In this document: positions 57,911 to 64,000 of the stretch, piece by piece
Numbering within the stretch: the first letter of the stretch is position 1
How the letters are laid out: each line of letters begins with the position of its first letter
IMG/VR virus record: IMGVR_UViG_3300033233_000009
Span: 60,598-124,597 of that record
DNA length: 64,000 bases
From: a virus
Direction: 5' to 3' (one strand)
Position numbers and translations under genes: made by a program
The notes under the pieces: generated by a model
Databases searched by the model: none
Told to the model about the DNA's origin: nothing
Seen by the model: the letters and a program-made list of their open reading frames with translations, nothing else

Positions 57911-60436
57911 TCATGCGGCCGCCTTGCTCTTGCCCTTGGGGTCACGGATCGCGAGCACGCGCTTCGCGTACGGCGGGGGCGGGTAGGACTTCTCCCAGTC
58001 CACGGCGGGGTCGAGCACGCCGACCACGAGCTGACAGCCGCGCGGCGGCTCCTTCGGCCAGGGCGTCGCGCCGTCAGTGAGCACGATGATCACCTTGCTC
58101 TGGAGCTTCTGGGCGGCGGCGATCCCGACGCCCATGTCCGTGCCGCCACCGCCCGCCAGCTCCACGTCGAGCGCGCTCGATACGCGCTGCGCCCCACCGT
58201 GTACCGCCGCATCGCAGCAGAGCACCGGCACCTTGCGCTGCCCGACCACGCGCAGGATGCCCTGCACCTCGCAGAGCGCGCGCGCGAGCAGGTCGCCGCC
58301 CATGCTGCCCGACGTGTCCAGCACGACCGACGCCTCCGGGCAGGGTCGGACCAGCGCAGGCATGAGCACGCCACCGAAGCTGCCGCGGCGGCTCACCTTC
58401 GTGTACGAGTAGTCCACCGCGCCGCGCGCCATGGTGACGGCGGTCTTGACCAGGGCCGACAGCTCGCGCTCCCAGGGCACGACGGCCGGCTCCAGCAGGG
58501 TTTCGGCCCAGCGCTTCCAGCCGGCCGGCACGCTGCCGGGCGCCCGTTGCGCGGCGGACTGAATCTCCGCTGCGACCTGGCGCCGGAGCAGGTCGCCCTC
58601 GGCCTCACCGATACCGGGCGCCTTCTTGCCCGGCTCACCGGTGCCCGGCGCGGGCAGCTCGTACGGCCGCGCCACGCCGTGCGCGCCACTCCCGCAGTCG
58701 CACTTCTCGGGCAGCGAGCCGTCCCCCGCGGGTTTGCCGGGGGCCGGGTGCCTGCCCGACGGCTGGGGCTTGCCCAGGCCCTGGCCGGGGCTCCCTCCGC
58801 CCGGCTGGCCACTTCCCGCCTTGCCGCCGCCACGCTTCGGCGGCGGGTTAGCGAGCATCATCTGGTAGTACTCCTCCCACAGCTTGCCGTCGGGCCAGCC
58901 GAACTTGCGCGGCAGCGGCGGGTCCCCGGGGAGGTGCAGCTTCATCTCCGGCGCCTCTTTCTCCGCCTCGAAGTCGTCGTTGATCTCCAGATCCTCGCAG
59001 TTATGAACGAGTAGCCCTTCGGCGACGTACGTGTGGTCGCTCGTCTCCATGTTGTAGACAGGCCCACTGTAGGGCTCACTCGTAACGCTGCGCACCGGCA
59101 CGGCGATTCCACCATCGACCGGTTTCCATCGGCGTGCGTACGAGGAGAACGTGCGCCCCTTGAACGTACGGGGAGATTGGGCTGGCTCCCAGCGCCAGCC
59201 CACACTGAACAGCTTGTTCGCTGATTGGATGAGTTTGCCGAGAATCCTCCGACCCGCCTTCTGCACTCTGCTCGTCTGCCACGTACCGAGGCCCAGCCGG
59301 CAGAGGAGCAAGCGTACCTGTACGGCAAGGCCAGCACTTGCTGTCGATAGGACAACGTGCTGGTTCGATGTGGAGCCGTCTCCGGCCAAGAGCCCCTCTA
59401 GGTAGGCACGTACGATAGCGAGGTCCGTGTGGTGCACGATGAACCAAGGCACCTTCTTCTGGAGAGCGCCGTCGCCGCACCACTCCTTGAGCGCCCGCGC
59501 CAGCACGGGGCCGCTGAGGTAAACGGTGATGGAGCCCGCGGCACCCGCTTTACCGGCGTGGCTTGTGACGGTCCCCGCAAACCCATGCGCGACCGCAATA
59601 CCAGCAGCCCGAGCCACGAGTGCCTGTTCTCGCGGGCCCAGCGATAAGTTCGCCGACCGCCTTCCGCTGCCTTCTGCCGTGTAGAGGCCCAGCAGCCATG
59701 CTGTTTCCGTATTCAACACGAACTCGCGCTGCGTGCAGCGGGACGCAAGCGAGTTGCCGCCTTCTCGCATGTACGGCTCCAGGCTGAACACCGTGTCCGT
59801 CACGGTGCCCGGAAGGCTCGGGATGACCACGTAGTCTGTCTCGGTCAGCGTTCCGGCTTCTGCCCACTCTGGCTCCTTGAGCCGAATCGGTGTCAGCCCC
59901 TTCTTGTGACGCCGCCGTACGACGCGCAGAGGATGCTCCGGTGTGCACCGTAGGACGGCACCAGCCGCACGGATCGTCAGCAGCGGCCCCTCGTACTGAC
60001 GCACCATCGGCGTCACCACCCGCACCCGTCCCGCGGCACCGACGGTTTCGGTACGCGGCGCCTCAACGGGCAGGCCATCCCCCAAGATCGTACCTGGTGG
60101 GAAGCAGACGTTGACCCGGTACGCCGTCTCCTCGACCTCCTCGATCGGCGCCTGGCGGATGAGATGCTCCGCGCGCTCGTGGTGCTTGCGGAGCCAGTGC
60201 CCCAGCTCGTGCACGAGCACCGCCGCGCACTGCTCCGCGGTCCACTGCTCTCCCGACGCGGTGCTGCCGGTGCCGATGCGGGCCGGGTTGATGTAGACCC
60301 GCCCGTACTTGTCCACCGCCATGGTCTCGACGCGAGACTCGGCGACGAGGTGCATGGCGAACAGCGCAGTCGCGAAGTAGGGCCGCTTGTGCGCGGCCAG
60401 GAAGCGAACCGAGGCGATCTTGGTGCTGTCGTCCAT
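57911..60436 (-). CDS. DUF2201-type HEXXH metallopeptidase-VWA protein, intein-containing
   Basis: TMAVD..YINP; VHELGH; N-V-[intein]-CEDLEIN; DCGSGAHG; VVLDTSGSM; GGGGTDM; LTDGATPWP. Confidence 0.88.
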   Translation of the reverse strand: MDDSTKIASVRFLAAHKRPYFATALFAMHLVAESRVETMAVDKYGRVYINPARIGTGSTASGEQWTAEQCAAVLVHELGHWLRKHHERAEHLIRQAPIEEVEETAYRVNVCFPPGTILGDGLPVEAPRTETVGAAGRVRVVTPMVRQYEGPLLTIRAAGAVLRCTPEHPLRVVRRRHKKGLTPIRLKEPEWAEAGTLTETDYVVIPSLPGTVTDTVFSLEPYMREGGNSLASRCTQREFVLNTETAWLLGLYTAEGSGRRSANLSLGPREQALVARAAGIAVAHGFAGTVTSHAGKAGAAGSITVYLSGPVLARALKEWCGDGALQKKVPWFIVHHTDLAIVRAYLEGLLAGDGSTSNQHVVLSTASAGLAVQVRLLLCRLGLGTWQTSRVQKAGRRILGKLIQSANKLFSVGWRWEPAQSPRTFKGRTFSSYARRWKPVDGGIAVPVRSVTSEPYSGPVYNMETSDHTYVAEGLLVHNCEDLEINDDFEAEKEAPEMKLHLPGDPPLPRKFGWPDGKLWEEYYQMMLANPPPKRGGGKAGSGQPGGGSPGQGLGKPQPSGRHPAPGKPAGDGSLPEKCDCGSGAHGVARPYELPAPGTGEPGKKAPGIGEAEGDLLRRQVAAEIQSAAQRAPGSVPAGWKRWAETLLEPAVVPWERELSALVKTAVTMARGAVDYSYTKVSRRGSFGGVLMPALVRPCPEASVVLDTSGSMGGDLLARALCEVQGILRVVGQRKVPVLCCDAAVHGGAQRVSSALDVELAGGGGTDMGVGIAAAQKLQSKVIIVLTDGATPWPKEPPRGCQLVVGVLDPAVDWEKSYPPPPYAKRVLAIRDPKGKSKAAA
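59000..60106 (-). mobile_element. intein with LAGLIDADG homing endonuclease (about 369 aa)
   Basis: Starts CFPPGT; block B CTPEHP; LAGLIDADG motifs WLLGLYTAEGS and YLEGLLAGDGS; ends VYNMETSDHTYVAEGLLVHN followed by Cys; visibly lower GC. Confidence 0.93.
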
Positions 60437-60449
60437 GGCAGATCCTACG

Positions 60450-60920
60450 TCAGAGCCAGCGGGTAGCTTCCTCGGAAAGTTCGTAGCACCGCCGCCGGGC
60501 GCGTTCGATGCCGAGCAGGATGCGGGTCGCTGCCTCGACGTTGGTGCCTGCGCGACGGGCCAGGTCAGCCGCGGCCGTCCGCACGTCGAAGAACTTGCGC
60601 GGCTCGCCCTGCACCGGGACCACCGTGAGCAGGGGGACCAGCATGTGCTCCGGGCGCCCTGGTTTCACCCCGCCCTGAGAATGCGAGGGTGTCAGGTGCA
60701 GCCGTGCCATTACGCCGCGCGGCAGCGCGACCCGCACGTACTCGCGACCGGTCTTGCTGGCTCGCATAGCGATGCCGGCGAGGAGCCCCGCGTCACGCAG
60801 CGACGCACGTGTGTCCCGGAAAACCCCCAGGCCCTTCGTGATCGGCGCCAGGACGGCCGCGCCGCCGCCCGCTCCGCCGAGCGTCGCGGCGACAATCTCC
60901 CGTTGCAGGTTCGCGCGCAT
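60450..60920 (-). CDS. hypothetical protein
   Basis: MRANLQRE, in the operon between the MoxR and VWA genes. Confidence 0.5.
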   Translation of the reverse strand: MRANLQREIVAATLGGAGGGAAVLAPITKGLGVFRDTRASLRDAGLLAGIAMRASKTGREYVRVALPRGVMARLHLTPSHSQGGVKPGRPEHMLVPLLTVVPVQGEPRKFFDVRTAAADLARRAGTNVEAATRILLGIERARRRCYELSEEATRWL

Positions 60921-61198
60921 CACGCCGCTCCCCGCACGGCGACCCGCTCCCACCCGAAGGCGGCGCAGTACCACGCCTCGCCGGTGGCTACGTCGATGGC
61001 CACGTCGCCGACGCTCATGGAGCGCACCCGAAGGCGGCAGCACGTCTCCGTGCCGCCCACCGCGTTCATCTCGCGGAACAGCGCCTCCAGGTCGGCTGCC
61101 TCGACCCGGGCGACCTCCCGGTAGGCCGCCGGATCCACCTCGGCCGGAGCCGCGGAGGGGCCGAAGGCCGAGCCGTACAGGACTCGATAGGTGGCCAT
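60920..61198 (-). CDS. YodL-like protein
   Basis: LEALFREMN..RSMSVGDV..WYCAAFGW. Confidence 0.65.
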   Translation of the reverse strand: MATYRVLYGSAFGPSAAPAEVDPAAYREVARVEAADLEALFREMNAVGGTETCCRLRVRSMSVGDVAIDVATGEAWYCAAFGWERVAVRGAA

Positions 61199-62349
61199 CA
61201 GATCAGCCCCGCGATCTTGAGGATCGGAACGAAAGCAGACACTTCCTTCGGGAGCCGCGTGTCGGGCGGCCGGTGCGCCGCGAGCAGCCGCGCCGACGAG
61301 GCGGCGATGTCCGGCCGCCCCTGGCTGGTCGCCTTGGCGAGCACGTGCCACGCCGCGTTCCAGCGCTTGGGCGTGTTGTTGGCGAGCACTGCCGAGACGA
61401 CGGCCGTGAGCACCGCGAACGCGCGGTCCCCTCGCTCGGGCAGCTTCAGGCTCGCGGGATCCGCGAGCACGGCCTCGGGATCGGGCAGGTCCAGTTCGCC
61501 GACGTAGGTGAGCCACTCCCGCGCCGCGCCGGGCCCGACGCACCCCCCGACGCACTTCACGAGCACGTCATGCGGCAGCGCGCCCTTCGTGTCGCCGATT
61601 CCGTAGCCGAGCGCGCGGCAGCCCGCGATCAGCCGCTCCGCTTGCGTCCACGACCGCATGGACGGGAACGGCTTGCTGCGCAACGCCGCTTCCGCGGGCA
61701 TCTTGCGAATCGCGTCGGGCTTCGCGTTAGCGAACGCGGCCACGAGCGTCCTGGCCCACAGGAGGTGCTTCTCCCAGTCCGCGGGGAGCGCCTCGCCCGC
61801 GTCGGGCGCCGGGAAGCCCGCGATGTGCGCCTGGTTCCAGTACTCGACCGGCATGTCCCAGCCGAGGTGGCAGAACCGGTTGCTGAGCGGCGCGCTCAGC
61901 TCGTAGCCCGACTCCGCGATGTCCGCGGGGTTCATGGCCACGACGGTCGCGAGGTTCGGGATCTTCGTCTCGCCCCACACGCCGTCGAGCACCCCGCGCA
62001 TCGTGGCCGAGCGCGTCGCGGGCGCGCCGTTCGAGAACTCGTCGAGCAACAGGCCGGGGCGCTTCGCACGCGCCAGCCGGGCGACCCAGCCCACCGGGAG
62101 CATCCCGACGCCGGCTGGTTGCGTGATGCGCCCCTCCTTGTCGCTCACCGCCGCCTGCGGCACCGGGTAGCCGCCGTACTCGGGCGGCTCGTGGAGCGCC
62201 ACGATGCTCACCTGATAGTCGTCGCAGTGCGCCGCGAACAGCGCCTCGACGATCGCCGTCTTGCCCTCACCGACCCCCCCCTCCAGTAGGGCGGGCACTC
62301 GGGTCTGGATGCACATAGCGAGCGCCTTGATGGTTGCGTCGAAGTTCAT
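61198..62349 (-). CDS. MoxR-family AAA+ ATPase
   Basis: Walker A GGVGEGKT; Walker B LLLDEF; AMNP; LSNRFCH; PSMRSW; linked to the DUF2201/VWA gene. Confidence 0.88.
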   Translation of the reverse strand: MNFDATIKALAMCIQTRVPALLEGGVGEGKTAIVEALFAAHCDDYQVSIVALHEPPEYGGYPVPQAAVSDKEGRITQPAGVGMLPVGWVARLARAKRPGLLLDEFSNGAPATRSATMRGVLDGVWGETKIPNLATVVAMNPADIAESGYELSAPLSNRFCHLGWDMPVEYWNQAHIAGFPAPDAGEALPADWEKHLLWARTLVAAFANAKPDAIRKMPAEAALRSKPFPSMRSWTQAERLIAGCRALGYGIGDTKGALPHDVLVKCVGGCVGPGAAREWLTYVGELDLPDPEAVLADPASLKLPERGDRAFAVLTAVVSAVLANNTPKRWNAAWHVLAKATSQGRPDIAASSARLLAAHRPPDTRLPKEVSAFVPILKIAGLI

Positions 62350-62752
62350 CGTCGTCCTTTCGTTTCCGTTCCAGTGCCTCCGACGGCAGCAGTGCTGCCA
62401 GCATTCACCAACTGCGCCGCGCAGTCCAGCGCGTCGGCTCCGGGGTCCCCGAGCACGCGCCACACCGTGACCGCCACCGGGTGACTCGGGCGCCGCGACC
62501 AGTCGCGAATGTCGGCCGCCGCCTCCGCCAGCTCCGCCGGGGCCACGCCGTGGCGCCGGGCCACGGCGGCGATCCGTTCGGCGTCCTCGCTCGGGGAGGT
62601 CGCGGGGTTGCCCTTTCGCAGGGCTCGTTCCAGTGCGGTCAATGCTGCCATGCTCGCCATCCTTCCCTTAGACGGTAGCAGTGCTGCCGTTATTCAATGG
62701 CACCGTTCTGCTGCCAGTGGTAGCAGCGCCGCCACCCGGGCGCAAGCCCTGC

Positions 62753-63232
62753 CTACTGGAGCGCGTCGAACGCGGGTAGCTGGTCGAAGCTCGGAGCCGC
62801 CTGGGGGGCCGGCGGGGGCGGCAGCACCTGAACGCCATCGGGGGCTCCGTTTCCGTCGAAGGCCGTGGGCGCGGGCACGTGCGGGGGCCGGCGCGGGGGC
62901 GCGGCGGCCGCAGGGGGCGGCGCCGCGCGCGCCGCGGGGCGCGGGGCGCGGGCCGGAGGGAGGCTCGCCTCGATGCGGTGCGTGACCTCGGTGCGCTGCA
63001 CCGCTTCCTTGAACCCGTCGATGTACGCGCGCAGCGCGAGGTCGTCCTCGTGCATCTTCTGGATCTGCTCGTCCTGCTTGGCGATGCGCGCAGCCACGAC
63101 CGAGTACACCTTGCGCGTCGCCACCAGCTCCGCCTGCGCCTGGCTGTCGGTGCAGCTCTTGATCGCCGTGGCCAGGCCCGCGCACGCCGTGACGATCGCG
63201 ACGAGGTGCTTGGTGTTGTCGCGCGTCAGCAT
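62753..63232 (-). CDS. membrane-anchored coiled-coil, Pro-rich protein
   Basis: GGAGG RBS; N-terminal hydrophobic segment. Confidence 0.55.
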   Translation of the reverse strand: MLTRDNTKHLVAIVTACAGLATAIKSCTDSQAQAELVATRKVYSVVAARIAKQDEQIQKMHEDDLALRAYIDGFKEAVQRTEVTHRIEASLPPARAPRPAARAAPPPAAAAPPRRPPHVPAPTAFDGNGAPDGVQVLPPPPAPQAAPSFDQLPAFDALQ

Positions 63233-63244
63233 GGCGGCCTCCAG

Positions 63245-63622
63245 TCAGACGATCTCGCCGGCCGGGATCTTGCCCAGCGTTTCGAGCAGGTTGTAGAGCG
63301 CGGTCTTGGTGGCTCCGTACACGGACATGCCCGGCGGCACCGGCGCGTTCATCGCGTCGAGCAGGGGCTGCCCTGCCGTCGGCACGTCGAGCCTGGTGTG
63401 CTCCTGCTGGACAGGGAACAGGACCGTGCCGTCGAGGTAGCAGAGCGACCACCAGACCTCGATCGCGATGCCGGCCGGGTTGTTCAGCGGCATGTGGACG
63501 TTGAAGTCGTCGATGCTGACGTGATCGACCGTCCGGGTCGCCGCCACGTCCACGAACGTGTTGTTGATCCGAAGCGTCTGGACGACGGTCCTGGTCTCGG
63601 GCTCGCTGATGACGTAGGGCAT
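63245..63622 (-). CDS. hypothetical protein
   Basis: coding-like ORF. Confidence 0.6.
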   Translation of the reverse strand: MPYVISEPETRTVVQTLRINNTFVDVAATRTVDHVSIDDFNVHMPLNNPAGIAIEVWWSLCYLDGTVLFPVQQEHTRLDVPTAGQPLLDAMNAPVPPGMSVYGATKTALYNLLETLGKIPAGEIV

Positions 63623-63629
63623 GGCTGGC

Positions 63630-64000
63630 TCACTCCCATCCGTAGTCGAAGGTGATGCAGTTCGTGATGACGCCGGATGTACCGACCGTGCCGAGGTACT
63701 TCTTCGAGACGGCCACGAACTCTCCCGGGTTCACGTAGACGGGCTCGGCGAACCTCACGTCGATGTCGGCGAGTTGCGTGTTCACGGCGGCAGCGGCGCC
63801 GATGGCGTGGCTCCCGAGCACGATGCGGCGTGCCGCCTTGGTCGTGGCGTTCCCGAAGCTCGCGCTTTCTGCTGTGGCGAGAGACACGGCCGTGTGACCG
63901 AAGTTGAGCGCCCAGATGGCGTTCGATGGGCCTCCGGCCAGGACGGTCGAGACGAACGCGCTGATGCGGACGCCATGGATGCGGAGCCGGCGACCTCCCA
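63630..64000 (-). CDS. C-terminal part of a beta-rich, possibly virion-associated protein (truncated by window edge)
   Basis: Frame appears open to the window end; ..NFGHTAVSLATAE..TKAARR..PVYVNPGEFV..FDYGWE. Confidence 0.5.
   Translation of the reverse strand, partial: GGRRLRIHGVRISAFVSTVLAGGPSNAIWALNFGHTAVSLATAESASFGNATTKAARRIVLGSHAIGAAAAVNTQLADIDVRFAEPVYVNPGEFVAVSKKYLGTVGTSGVITNCITFDYGWE

Overview
High-GC (about 70% by eye), densely packed stretch of what is most likely a large bacteriophage or prophage genome. It holds accessory, nucleotide-metabolism and DNA-modification genes, many small overlapping ORFs, and no clear virion module except possibly a partial gene at the right edge. A myxobacterial-type host is suggested, not proven, by sigma54 promoters and a Gly-rich lipoprotein. 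The main feature is a stand-alone Cas12m (type V-M/V-U1)-like effector (2512-4629) with an apparently intact RuvC D-E-D triad, followed by a 23-repeat/22-spacer CRISPR array (4633-6289); no cas1/cas2 is seen in the window. The same repeat recurs far from the array: a solitary repeat at 10925-10960 and a minus-strand 3-repeat mini-array at 45575-45732. The mini-array has its own promoter copied from the array's downstream flank, one shortened spacer and a compensatory stem change, which points to a dispersed fixed-guide layer on top of the adaptive array. Other notable elements: an HNH endonuclease overprinted in another frame inside a DNA methyltransferase, with a candidate internal promoter; an intein in a DUF2201/VWA peptidase; six sigma54-type promoters with shared upstream motifs; a family of largely leaderless sigma70-type promoters carrying a TGGCRGC motif; an atypical tRNA-fMet-like gene; ThyX plus a ThyX fragment; two GT4 glycosyltransferases; an FkbM methyltransferase; an HD hydrolase; a Cre-like recombinase; RuvC; a MoxR AAA+ ATPase; and a GHKL-ATPase/HEXXH protein. 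All calls come from reading motifs by eye; no searches were run.
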